DNA of 64,000 nucleotides from assembly GCA_050633305.1 (NCBI GenBank), contig JBOEGF010000022.1, positions 64,001-128,000 on the forward strand. Reading direction: 5' to 3'. The position numbers and the translations under genes are program-made. This stretch comes from Nannocystales bacterium (GTDB lineage: Bacteria > Myxococcota_A > Polyangia > Nannocystales > Nannocystaceae). Shown piece after piece: positions 46,992 to 56,139 of this stretch. Under the pieces are notes generated by a model. The model saw only the letters and a list, made by a program, of their open reading frames with translations, was not told where the DNA came from and did not search any database. The stretch's first letter is position 1; every line of letters begins with the position of its first letter.

Positions 46992-47567
46992 ATGCCCGCG
47001 GATACGAAAGCCAAACTCCTCGAGAGCGCCGAACGGCTCGTCCGTGAACGGGGCTACAACGGATTTAGCTACGCCGATCTTGCCGCTGAGATCGGGATTC
47101 GTACCGCGAGCATCCACTACCACTTCCGGGCGAAGTCCGACCTCGCCCTGGCGCTGATCGAACGCTACACCGAGCGCATCGGTGCCGGGCTCGCGGAGCT
47201 CTCCGAGACGGGGCACACGGGAGCGGACCGGATCGCTGGTTATGTAGGTGTCTACCGGAACGCGCTGCGGCAGGGCAACTCGTTGTGCCTGTGTGTGTCG
47301 CTGAGCGCGGACGCGGAGAGTTTGGAGCCGGCCGCTTTGGCTGCCCTCGAAGCGTTTCACCGGGCGGGTGTGGCGTGGCTGACCAAAGCGTACGCACTGG
47401 CCGCCAAGGATGGGTCGATCGGCCACGTCAGCGACCCGGGGTCCGAGGCTTCCGCAACGCTGGCGGTCGTCGAGGGGGCGCAACTTGTTGGCCGTGCGTC
47501 GCGAAGCGTGGAGCCGTTCGACGATGCTGTCGCCCTGCTGCTGGGGCGGCTGCGCGACGTGGAATGA
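46992..47567 (+). CDS. TetR/AcrR family transcriptional regulator
   Basis: GYNGFSYADLA..IGIRTASIHYHF..K.DL; CLC in the ligand domain. Confidence 0.93.
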   Translation: MPADTKAKLLESAERLVRERGYNGFSYADLAAEIGIRTASIHYHFRAKSDLALALIERYTERIGAGLAELSETGHTGADRIAGYVGVYRNALRQGNSLCLCVSLSADAESLEPAALAALEAFHRAGVAWLTKAYALAAKDGSIGHVSDPGSEASATLAVVEGAQLVGRASRSVEPFDDAVALLLGRLRDVE

Positions 47568-47601
47568 TGGGGCTCGAAGCGCCCGAGCTGAGCGGGTCCC
47601 C

Positions 47602-48186
47602 TCAGGACTTCATCATGCTGCGCGCCGCCGGAAGCACGAAGGTCGCGGTGCCCGTCTTGGCGTCCAGGTTGGCGACGAGGCAGCGACCATCGGCGATTCC
47701 ACAACGGTCGAAGAAGCCGTCGAAGGTCCCCGCGAAACACAGCGGGAGCGTCCCCGTGCGATCGTCGAGTTGCGGGTCGTAGGTATACTGGATACGCGCC
47801 TCACCGCTGCTGCTGATCGACGTGGAAAGCTCGCCCATCCCGTCCGACATCAGCTTCCAACCCCGCGGGGCGCCGCGGGCAAGCCCGGCTGGCGCCTGGT
47901 CGTAGAGGCGCAGGTACGCGTCCGTCAGCGGCCCGAGCAGCTTGCTACGGCTGACCTCGACGTACGCGCGCCGGAAGTGAGCCCGAAGTCCGTCATCACC
48001 CAGGACGTTGCGCAGAGCCTGCGTGAGCTCGACGTAGCCCTCGCCCTGCGCCCACGAGATCGGGAGCGATCGCTGAGGTCGAAGAATCGACTCGGCGCAG
48101 ACCTGGGCCTCGACCGCCGCACGTTGCTCCTGTGTCTGGAGCGACCCAAAGGCCATCTTCGAAAGCAGGCATCGAACCCGGGGCAC
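47602..48186 (-). CDS. Myxobacterial hypothetical protein (DUF2378/V4R-like)
   Basis: LPISW, LRLY..AP.GLAR..PRGW pattern similar to the 6874 and 24576 ORFs. Confidence 0.55.
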   Translation of the reverse strand: MPRVRCLLSKMAFGSLQTQEQRAAVEAQVCAESILRPQRSLPISWAQGEGYVELTQALRNVLGDDGLRAHFRRAYVEVSRSKLLGPLTDAYLRLYDQAPAGLARGAPRGWKLMSDGMGELSTSISSSGEARIQYTYDPQLDDRTGTLPLCFAGTFDGFFDRCGIADGRCLVANLDAKTGTATFVLPAARSMMKS

Positions 48187-48666
48187 TCGAACTCCTCGTC
48201 GCGCCTCCGTTCAAGGTGACGTCGTCGGACGTTACCAGGAAGTGGAATTCAAACCCATAGGGGTTGCGGCTGTGGGTTGTGCGCGGGGGGTCGGGGAAGC
48301 CCCCTCGACGCGACCACGGTTGTTGACGGATGGCGCAGTTGCTCGCCGCTGCGACGGGTCACTGGGGGCGTGCGGTGCTCGGAGGCAATCTAGGCTCGAC
48401 ACAGCTGTCCACTGGGAGCGGGGACCAGGTTCACGGCGCTGTTCGTAAGCCTCGTCAACGATCCGGTTCCACGCGGCGAGGCGCTTGAGATGATCGGCGA
48501 GCTCTTTGCGAGCGAGGAAGGACTGCGAAGACCTAGCTGCTCAAGCTCCGGAAGGCTCAGCGCGAGGAGTGTTCGCGCCGCCTCCTCGACAAGCCGGGTT
48601 CTGAAGGCCCAAGGCGTCCGCCGAGCGAAGGAAGCCTGTTCCCCGTGCCCATCACGAGTGTCCTCG

Positions 48667-49428
48667 CTACGAGTAGTAACAGAGCCGAACGTTCGACCCG
48701 TCGGGCAGCTGCGCCATCGGGCTACAACTCATTCCGTCCGGACACCCCGCGGAACCGGATTCGGAGCACTCCAGGGCACAGGACCCTCCTGCTGTGCCCT
48801 TGACGTTGCTGAGAATGCACGCGGGGTCTGCTCCCGTCCCAGGGTCGTAGCACTCCGCCACGTCCCGGCACGGTTGGGAACAGAACCCGCTTCTGATGTC
48901 TCCCAGGAGCTCGAGGCAGGCCGAGTTGGGGCAATCGACGGCCTGGGTCTCGGAGGTACAGGGTTGGAACAATTCGCGGATGGGGATGGGTTCGCCGGTC
49001 GAGCTCGAGGAGTCTCCTCCGGTCGAACTCGAGGACGCGCCCCCCGTCGACGCGTGTCCACCCGTCGAGCCAGTCTGCGGTCCAGCGCCGGTCTCCGTGG
49101 ACGTGCCCGATGTGTCGCTCGAACCAACCTGCATGGTGCTGCTTGCGGTGCCACCGTCGGTCTCGACCACCCCGGTCGACCCGATGTCACTCTCGGGAAC
49201 GCAGTTGCCGGCAATCTGCGGGTTCCCCTGTTCACCGTAGCGTCGGCCGGTCGGACACTGCGAGTCGGGAAAACTGCATGCGCCCGACGGCTCGCAGCGA
49301 CCGCCAGCACTCTGCGAGCACTCGGCATCCTGCGTGCAGACGAAATAGTCTTTCCCGCACCCACCTGAGCCCAACGATCCCGCGAAACAGATGAGCGAGA
49401 ATGCTGTGCGCTGAATCGTTTTCCTCAT
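48667..49428 (-). CDS. Cys-rich lipoprotein, tandem paralog 2
   Basis: Start MRKTIQ; GGC lipobox-like; FVCTQDAEC..CEPSGACSFPD..CPTGRRYGE; Ser/Thr/Gly linker; Cys-rich C-domain. Confidence 0.75.
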   Translation of the reverse strand: MRKTIQRTAFSLICFAGSLGSGGCGKDYFVCTQDAECSQSAGGRCEPSGACSFPDSQCPTGRRYGEQGNPQIAGNCVPESDIGSTGVVETDGGTASSTMQVGSSDTSGTSTETGAGPQTGSTGGHASTGGASSSSTGGDSSSSTGEPIPIRELFQPCTSETQAVDCPNSACLELLGDIRSGFCSQPCRDVAECYDPGTGADPACILSNVKGTAGGSCALECSESGSAGCPDGMSCSPMAQLPDGSNVRLCYYS

Positions 49429-49444
49429 GGCGGTCGGTCTCCAG

Positions 49445-50167
49445 TCACGAGCCGGCAGGATGCACGCAGCGAGGTGGGGCGAGCGGGAGTTCCTCGAGCG
49501 CGCACACCATGCCTTCGGGACATCCCGCGGTCCCAGTCTCACTGCAGTCGAGCAAGCAAACGCTGAGATTCTGCCCGTCGACGAACTGCATGGCGCAGCG
49601 CGCCTCGGCGCCGGTTTCAGGGTCGGTGCAGGGCGCCCGCGGTTCCGGACACTCCTGCGTGCAGGCGTGTCCGACCGGATTCTGCCAGACGTCGACCGAT
49701 TCGAGGCAAATGCCCATGCAGTCACCCGACGCCTGACACGGCTCCCATAGATCCGGCAAGATCGGGTCGACGCCCGAGCTGCTGCCCAAGCCGGTCGAAG
49801 TGCTTCCGGTCGAGGAGGAGCCCGACGAAGCCCCGGAGGAGCCACCGGTGGGGCCCGACGTCGATGACGAGGCCGAAGCCCCGGTGCTACCGCCGCCGCT
49901 GCCCTCACCCACTGGCGACGTACTCGTCGAGCCGATGTCTCCGGATGGAACGCACTGCCCCGCCGCGGCGGGGTTGCCCAGCTCGCCATACCGCCGACCG
50001 GTTGGACACTCGTTGTCGGGAAAACTACAGGAGCCCGACGGCTCGCATCGACCGTTCTCGTCGCACTCAGAGTTCGTCGAGCAGACAAAGAACCCCGAGG
50101 ATGGACACGCGGTCAGCCCGACGACCCCGAGCAGCGCAACTGCCAAACCCCACTGCACCGGTTGCAT
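49445..50167 (-). CDS. Cys-rich lipoprotein, tandem paralog 1
   Basis: LTAC lipobox; FVCSTNSEC..CEPSGSCSFPD..CPTGRRYGE; same architecture as its neighbour. Confidence 0.75.
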   Translation of the reverse strand: MQPVQWGLAVALLGVVGLTACPSSGFFVCSTNSECDENGRCEPSGSCSFPDNECPTGRRYGELGNPAAAGQCVPSGDIGSTSTSPVGEGSGGGSTGASASSSTSGPTGGSSGASSGSSSTGSTSTGLGSSSGVDPILPDLWEPCQASGDCMGICLESVDVWQNPVGHACTQECPEPRAPCTDPETGAEARCAMQFVDGQNLSVCLLDCSETGTAGCPEGMVCALEELPLAPPRCVHPAGS

Positions 50168-50279
50168 ACTAATCGCCCCTCCACGGTTCGTCAGCTCGCA
50201 ACCGAATTGTCCATGGGGGATTGCTGTGGCCACAGTTAGGGGCACAAATCGCTTGTCGCTCGGGGGATGGGCTCGCTCC

Positions 50280-50679
50280 CAGAACCCGCGGCCAGTTCTT
50301 CTTCGAGTCGTCCGGCGGGCTCGTCAGGCGCGTGTTCCAGCAGCCCGAGAATGCGGCGGAGCTGCAGAACGTGCTTTCGGCCGGACAGGCCTCCGCGAGC
50401 GACTGGTCGACGCTGGCGCTTGAGCCCGGGAGCTCCGTTGACGAGAAGCCCGCTGACCGACTCCTCCGACGTCGTCGACGACCTTCATCGGACAGACGAT
50501 GCGGACAAGCGTGCGAGAGCCCGCCCCTCGCGAAGGAGCCGCTCGAGCGCGACAATGCGGTCCAGCTTGGGATCGAAGGCCTCGAACGCGCTTCCCATAC
50601 CGCCCGAGCCGATGGGCCGCAGCTCGCGAAAGCGGCCGATAGGCCGGGGGGACGCTCGTCGTCGGCGTGACGTCTCCAT
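50280..50679 (-). pseudogene. Degenerate Ser/Thr kinase N-lobe fragment
   Basis: IGRFRELRPIGSGGMGSAFEAFDPKLDRIVALE-RLLREGRALARLS then stop at 50485. Catalytic Lys is replaced; no HRD or DFG. Confidence 0.65.
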
Positions 50680-51029
50680 CTTTGAAAGAACAGGGGCGCT
50701 GGCCACAAACCGCGGTGAGAACCCGATGAACGCGATTCTCAACAGTCGAAGACTGGCAGCGTCGAATGCCAAGGACACTATCCGCGCGCAATAGACTGGG
50801 TGCTGGGTCGCAAGAAAACCGACGTTCGCTCGACCGACGGGTGCCCACGATGAGCTCGCTGGGCTTGAAGGACCGAGGCCTGGGCCCAAGAGTGTTCGGC
50901 CAAGGCCGAAGTGGGTGCCAGAGGTCTGTTGGAAGGGCGACCCGACCGAGGGTTGTTGAGGAACCGCTGGTCGCTCGACGCTCGGACCAGCGTCGGTGGG
51001 ACAGGGGCCCCGGAGCGGGGCACCGAAAC

Positions 51030-51560
51030 TCACTGCTGAAGCCGGGCTCGGGCTCGCTCGTAGTCCGCGCAGGGCACATCGTCGACGTCCACATCGTCGT
51101 CGACCGCGGTCTTGAGTACCGAGACGCGCACGCATGCGCCCGGAGGGAGGACCTCCTCACCGTCCGCGTGGAGCGTGACGCTAGGCCCATCCATCTCGAC
51201 GCTGATCCATGCGACGCCGCGCCCCATGTGGAGATCGATGCGGCCGTCGGCACGGACGTCCCACTGTACGTCGGCGCCGCCTTCGGCCACGACCTCGGCA
51301 GCGGCTCCGACCCGCATCACCGAGACCGCCGACGGATCGCGCCGCACCGCCTCCCGCACCACGAGGAGCGTCGCGGCTGCCCCTGCGAAGGCGCCGACGA
51401 ACAGTGGCGCGAGCCATCGCGCCCAGGGCCGAGAGGCGGGGGGCGCGGTCGTGGTCCGGAACACGACACGGTCGACGAAGTCAGCGGCCGGCTCCGGCGC
51501 CCCCCAGCCGAGCAGCTGCTCGTGGACCGAATCGGGATCCTGCGTAGGTTCGTCAGTCAT
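51030..51560 (-). CDS. Putative anti-sigma factor (single TM, FecR-like strands)
   Basis: P.PAADFVDRV N-terminal motif, TM helix, beta-rich C-terminus; coupled to the ECF stop. Confidence 0.65.
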   Translation of the reverse strand: MTDEPTQDPDSVHEQLLGWGAPEPAADFVDRVVFRTTTAPPASRPWARWLAPLFVGAFAGAAATLLVVREAVRRDPSAVSVMRVGAAAEVVAEGGADVQWDVRADGRIDLHMGRGVAWISVEMDGPSVTLHADGEEVLPPGACVRVSVLKTAVDDDVDVDDVPCADYERARARLQQ

Positions 51561-52075
51561 CAGCCACTCCCATCTTTGCCGAGCGCTCTGCGAACGCGGG
51601 TGCGGGCCCGATGCAGGCGAGATTTCACGGTCCCGAGGTCGAGCTCGAGGCTGGTGGCGACCTCGGCGTACTCGAAGCCGTAGAGGTCGCGCAACACCAG
51701 CACCGCGCGATGTTCCGGGGTGAGGCCCGCCAACGCCACTTCGACGCGCGCTTCGAGCCTGCGAAATCGAGCCAGCTCGTCGGTCTCGGGGACCGGCAGG
51801 CGGTGGACGTCTTCCTCGAACGGGGCGTCCGCAAACGAACGGCGGCGGAGGTGGTCGATTGCGATACGAGCCGCGATCGTCAAGATCCACTTGCGACGCG
51901 CTGCCGGCCCGCGATCCTCGAGGTCGGACAAGGAGCGATGCACACGAAGAAACGTCTCCTGGGCAAGGTCGTCGACGTCCCCGAGCGCCGCGCGAAACAG
52001 AACACGCGCCAGCACGGCGTGCACATCGTGCTGATGGGCGCGGACCAGGTCCCGGAACTCGTCGTCTCGCCCCAA
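51560..52075 (-). CDS. ECF sigma-70 factor
   Basis: VDDLAQETFLRV, WILTIA.R.AIDHLRR, LRDLYGFEYAEVA..L....GTVKSRLHRAR. Confidence 0.9.
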   Translation of the reverse strand: MGRDDEFRDLVRAHQHDVHAVLARVLFRAALGDVDDLAQETFLRVHRSLSDLEDRGPAARRKWILTIAARIAIDHLRRRSFADAPFEEDVHRLPVPETDELARFRRLEARVEVALAGLTPEHRAVLVLRDLYGFEYAEVATSLELDLGTVKSRLHRARTRVRRALGKDGSG

Positions 52076-52082
52076 CTGCGTC

Positions 52083-53225
52083 TCACCCCTCCAGCATCGC
52101 GAGCCCCAGCGCGGTGGAGAACGACTCGATGTCGAAGTTCTCTGCGGTGTTGGTGCCGATGACCACCCGGCTGTTGATGGCCGGCACGTCGAGGGCGACG
52201 CCGCCGAACCCGAAATCACCGCCGCCAGCATAGCCGAACACGTCCTGCCCCCCGACATCCGTTGACCGCAGGTATCCGGCGGCGTAGGCATCGAATGCCG
52301 CGGGTTCCAGCACGTTCCCCGCCCACAGCTCGATCAGCCAACGGTCAAGGTCCTCGACCGTGGTCACCAAGCCGCCGTTGCCGACCAGTGCCCAGGTGTA
52401 CGGCCACGTCGCGGGATCATTGCCCTCGAACACAAGGGCATCGTACCCGACGGCGGTCGGATGCTCGGCCCACAGCGCCTCCCCGAAGAACCCCGTCGCC
52501 TCCATACCAGCGGGCTCGAGCAGTCGCTCCCGCACGTAGTCCGCGAACGGTTGGCCGGAGGTCGTTTCAACGATGTCGGCCAGCAGCGTGAACCCAGCGT
52601 TCGAGTACGCTTCCTCGGATCCGGGCTCGAACAAGAGGGTCTGTCCGAGGATCGCCGCGCGGGCCTGCATGCGATCCATCGGCTCGAAGTCGCCCAGCGT
52701 GTCGTGGTACTCGCCAAACCCGGCCCGATGCTGCAACACCTGCAGCACCGTGATCTGGGCCTTGTCGGGCGGGATGCCGGGCAGCAGGACGTCCAGTGAA
52801 TCGGTGGTGCTCAGCGCGTCGTCTTCCTCGAGCGCAAAGATGGCCGCTGCGGTGAAGTCCTTCATCACCGAGCCGAAGTCGTAGGCCGTCTGCGGTGTGT
52901 TCTCGCGCTCGAGCTGCCGGGCGGCCAGGCCGTGTCCTTCCACGACCAAGACCTCGCCATCGAGCCGGACCAGGATTGCTCCCTCGAAGCCGGACTCCAC
53001 GGCTTCGTCGATCAGCTCGCGAACCGCACCGCCGGGCGCGGCGGTGGTGCTGCTCGATGCGTCGCCCGGTCCCGCGCTGCTTTCGGTGCTCGAGACCTCG
53101 CTGCTCTCATCACCGGTCGACCCGATGTCGCTCGTGGTCCCGCCTGCACCGGGCCCGTCGGGAGAGCCGACGCAGGCCGCGAGCAAGCCCAGAAACGACA
53201 ACCACGCGGCCGAGAACCTCTTCAC
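52083..53225 (-). CDS. Serine hydrolase (class C beta-lactamase/PBP-like) lipoprotein
   Basis: LAAC lipobox; SVMK (SxxK), LQHRAG, YSN, PAGM, GNGGL. Confidence 0.88.
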   Translation of the reverse strand: MKRFSAAWLSFLGLLAACVGSPDGPGAGGTTSDIGSTGDESSEVSSTESSAGPGDASSSTTAAPGGAVRELIDEAVESGFEGAILVRLDGEVLVVEGHGLAARQLERENTPQTAYDFGSVMKDFTAAAIFALEEDDALSTTDSLDVLLPGIPPDKAQITVLQVLQHRAGFGEYHDTLGDFEPMDRMQARAAILGQTLLFEPGSEEAYSNAGFTLLADIVETTSGQPFADYVRERLLEPAGMEATGFFGEALWAEHPTAVGYDALVFEGNDPATWPYTWALVGNGGLVTTVEDLDRWLIELWAGNVLEPAAFDAYAAGYLRSTDVGGQDVFGYAGGGDFGFGGVALDVPAINSRVVIGTNTAENFDIESFSTALGLAMLEG

Positions 53226-53577
53226 GGCTGCCCAACGAGCGCCGGGCGGAAAAGGTTCCCTCGAAGTTTCGGTCGAAGGACTGCGCGCTTCTCGCGGGAC
53301 TTGTCTTGTGCGGGAAGTGAACGACGCGGGCCGGTGCCAAGGAGCCCCGCGGTATCTCTCACTTGCGGACGCGGTCCCGGTGACCCGGGAGGTCGTCATG
53401 GCCGAACTCGGGCGTCTGAACAAGGACGGCTACGACATGGCGCAGTTCATCTCCATCATGGGAGAACACCTCCCCAAGAGCTTGCCCGGGCCGTTGCGGA
53501 CGTCCCAGCTCGACAAGCGCTCGTCCTGTCCTCCACCGAGTCGTGGGGGCCTTCAGGCCGTGTTATGAGGCGTCTCC

Positions 53578-54291
53578 ATGGGTCATTCCGTCGCATGGGT
53601 CGGTCTCCGAGGCGTCGACCCGCAGCTGTTGTTCGACGCGTTCGGGGTCGAGCCCACGGGCACGACCGACAACTACTCTTCACACCCCTTCGTCGGTGTT
53701 CGGGGCGCGGGTGGCTGGACGATGGTGCTGGTCAACCTCGCAGCCGGCGGAGACGAGCGACTCTTCGATCCCGCGTTCCTGGCCACGCTGTCCAAGCTCG
53801 CGCCCGCGGTGTTCTTCTGCTCCGACACCGGGGCCAAGGATAGCGGCGTCGCGGAGTGGGAGGATGGCGGGTGCCGATGGTCACTCGTGCATGATCCCGA
53901 GGCCGAAGAGGGTCCACTGCTCAAAGCCGGGGAGGTCCCCGAACCGCTTGCGTCCGTTCGGGTGTCTTCGGATCCGTTCGAGGTCCCCACCCGCATCGCC
54001 CATGCTCTCACTGGGTTTCGTCATGACACCGCAGGCTCGGAATTCTTGGTGTTGGGTTTTGCCGAGCCCAAGAGCGATCTTCCATCGACGTCGTCATGCC
54101 ACTCGCTGGGTGGCTTCGTCGTCGAGACCTACGAGGTCGGCGGGACCGCACGGCCTTGGTCCGAGACGGCGTGCCACTGCAGGAGCTGCTGCACCACGTG
54201 GCCCACGACGAGGAAGACGTTCTCATCTTCCGAGGCGAGAACGGGTGGTTCATGCAGACGGTGGCGGCCGATGACGCTCCGGGTCGGCTGA
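53578..54291 (+). CDS. Hypothetical protein (possibly frameshifted into the next ORF)
   Basis: Good coding bias until about 54145, then Cys/Trp-rich off-frame-looking tail. Confidence 0.55.
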   Translation: MGHSVAWVGLRGVDPQLLFDAFGVEPTGTTDNYSSHPFVGVRGAGGWTMVLVNLAAGGDERLFDPAFLATLSKLAPAVFFCSDTGAKDSGVAEWEDGGCRWSLVHDPEAEEGPLLKAGEVPEPLASVRVSSDPFEVPTRIAHALTGFRHDTAGSEFLVLGFAEPKSDLPSTSSCHSLGGFVVETYEVGGTARPWSETACHCRSCCTTWPTTRKTFSSSEARTGGSCRRWRPMTLRVG

Positions 54292-54491
54292 TGGTCGAGT
54301 GGCGGCACAGTCAAGACGATGAGCCGCGACTCATCCGACTGGTACGGGCGCCGGACCCGCTTGGGGGGCAGCCGCGAAGCGACTTCTCAACCGCCGAGGT
54401 GTACACGCATTTCCTGTCGTTCACCCGCCTGGGTACACCCGCTCCGGGTGCGTTCATGCTCGACATCACGGCCGAGATTCTTGGGGGGTAG
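54096..54491 (+). CDS. Hypothetical protein / probable C-terminal part of the 53578 gene
   Basis: Protein-like sequence only from about 54150 (ALVRDGVPLQELL..WFMQT..LMVEWR). Confidence 0.45.
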   Translation: MPLAGWLRRRDLRGRRDRTALVRDGVPLQELLHHVAHDEEDVLIFRGENGWFMQTVAADDAPGRLMVEWRHSQDDEPRLIRLVRAPDPLGGQPRSDFSTAEVYTHFLSFTRLGTPAPGAFMLDITAEILGG

Positions 54492-54551
54492 GAGGACCGG
54501 GGGGCCGATGGAGGCGCTGTGGATGGCCCAGCCGGTCCGCTGCTTCGCCCG

Positions 54552-55595
54552 TCAGCCGGGTGGGTCGAAGTTGTCGCAGGTCGTCTTGATCGTATCGAGC
54601 GTCGACTGAAATACGGGCCCGTAGTCGGGCTCGCAGATGCTGGCCTTGATGCCTTGCTCGCCGAACGCATCGACGAAGCCGATCAGGTTGGGACTCTCCG
54701 CGGTCAGCGGCACACACGAGACGTCCTGCCAGGGGATGAACCCAATCACGACCACGGCCTCGGGGTTGTTGTCTTTGGCCGCGAGGACGGCGGGCGCCCA
54801 GCCCGAGGTGTCGATGGTGGGCTCCGCATCGTCGAAAAACCCCGGGACTGGTGGATCGTCGGTGACCACGACGACCACCAAGATGGCATCGTCACGAACG
54901 AAGTTCTCGTTGCAGGCGCCCGGAGCCGCGTTGCTCTCGTCCAGTGCGGCCACCAGGGCGCTGATCGGCCGCTCGTTGCCGCTGCCGTTGATGCCGACTT
55001 GCCCGATGCAGGGGAACTGTGTCGCGATGTCGTCCGCGTCGGTGAGGAACCGGTCACCCCCCGCAAAGGGTCCGCAGATGCCGCCTGCGGGAGTCTGCGA
55101 GACGAGGTCGCCCAAGACTTGGCATCCCGCTTCGTTGTTTCCGTAGTCGTCGCTGGTGACGACGCCGACATGGAAACTGTCGACTTCGTCCAGCGAGTCC
55201 TCGATGCCGAGGATGAATCCATCGAAGCTCGCCAGGAGCTGGGTCTGCTGTGCGCCCATGCTTCCGGAGTTGTCGATGACGAACAAGAAGTCGATCCCAG
55301 CGCAACCATCATCGACGGGCGGTGCATCGGGTTGTACGCCGAGGTCGAAGACGACGCTGCCGTCGTCGTCGGAGCCCGAGGTGGAAGAGGTGCTGTCGGT
55401 TCCGGTCGTTCCGCCGACGGTGGTTGGGGACGTCATCCCTCCGGTCGTGGAGCCGTCCGTGGGTCCGCCGGTCTGGGTGAGACCCACCGTCGCGCCGAGC
55501 GTTGTCTCGGTCGCGGCGTCCGAAGACCCGCCGCCATCTTTGCCACACGCCACGAGCAACGACACACCGAAGACAACCGCAACCGAACGTCTCAT
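54552..55595 (-). CDS. vWA-like domain lipoprotein
   Basis: LVAC lipobox, Thr/Gly linker, IDFLFVIDNSGSM (MIDAS), HVGVVTSD, FVRDDAILVVVVVTD. Confidence 0.85.
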   Translation of the reverse strand: MRRSVAVVFGVSLLVACGKDGGGSSDAATETTLGATVGLTQTGGPTDGSTTGGMTSPTTVGGTTGTDSTSSTSGSDDDGSVVFDLGVQPDAPPVDDGCAGIDFLFVIDNSGSMGAQQTQLLASFDGFILGIEDSLDEVDSFHVGVVTSDDYGNNEAGCQVLGDLVSQTPAGGICGPFAGGDRFLTDADDIATQFPCIGQVGINGSGNERPISALVAALDESNAAPGACNENFVRDDAILVVVVVTDDPPVPGFFDDAEPTIDTSGWAPAVLAAKDNNPEAVVVIGFIPWQDVSCVPLTAESPNLIGFVDAFGEQGIKASICEPDYGPVFQSTLDTIKTTCDNFDPPG

Positions 55596-55722
55596 CGAGG
55601 CAGGCTACCAGGGAAGGGCGTTCGACCCAGGGGGGCCGGAGCCGCATCTGTGCGGTCGAAGGCCCCCGCTGCTGCGTGGACCCACTCCGTTGTCGGTCCG
55701 ATCGCCCCCGAGCTGTGGGGGG

Positions 55723-56139
55723 TCAGCTGCGGTTTCGGAAGGTGCCGTCGATCATCTCGACGAAGGCTCCCACGCCACTCTTCTTCACCAGGTAGGCGTT
55801 GGCACCCAGTGTGGAGGCGCGCTCTTCGTCGCTGGCGGCATCGGAGCTGGTCAACATCGCGACCACCGGGAGCTCTCCGAAGGCGTCGTGCTCACGAATG
55901 AACGTGAGGACATCGAATCCGGTCATCCCGTGCATGTTCACGTCGAGCAGAACGAGTGCAGGGGGGCGTCGGCCGTTGTCGACGGCTTGCGTCAGGTGGG
56001 CCAGTGCCTGCTCGGCGGAGTCCAGCAGTACAACCGGGTTGGTCAGCCCACAGCGCTTGAGTACGATTCCGGTGATCAAGCGATCTCCGTCGCTGTCGTC
56101 GACGACCACAATGTCGAGGTCGGGCTCGATCTCGATCAT
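55723..56139 (-). CDS. Single-domain response regulator
   Basis: VVDD, LLDVNM, LTSS, GANAYLVK. Confidence 0.9.
   Translation of the reverse strand: MIEIEPDLDIVVVDDSDGDRLITGIVLKRCGLTNPVVLLDSAEQALAHLTQAVDNGRRPPALVLLDVNMHGMTGFDVLTFIREHDAFGELPVVAMLTSSDAASDEERASTLGANAYLVKKSGVGAFVEMIDGTFRNRS

Noticed and set aside
48190..48660. Long intergenic stretch as possible ncRNA or mobile element
   Set aside because: No tRNA cloverleaf, terminal inverted repeats or recognisable RNA family seen by eye; an Infernal search would be needed.
53317..53568. Short ORF tail (MAELGRLNKDGYDMAQF...)
   Set aside because: Too short and no recognisable motif; may be a remnant but cannot be supported.
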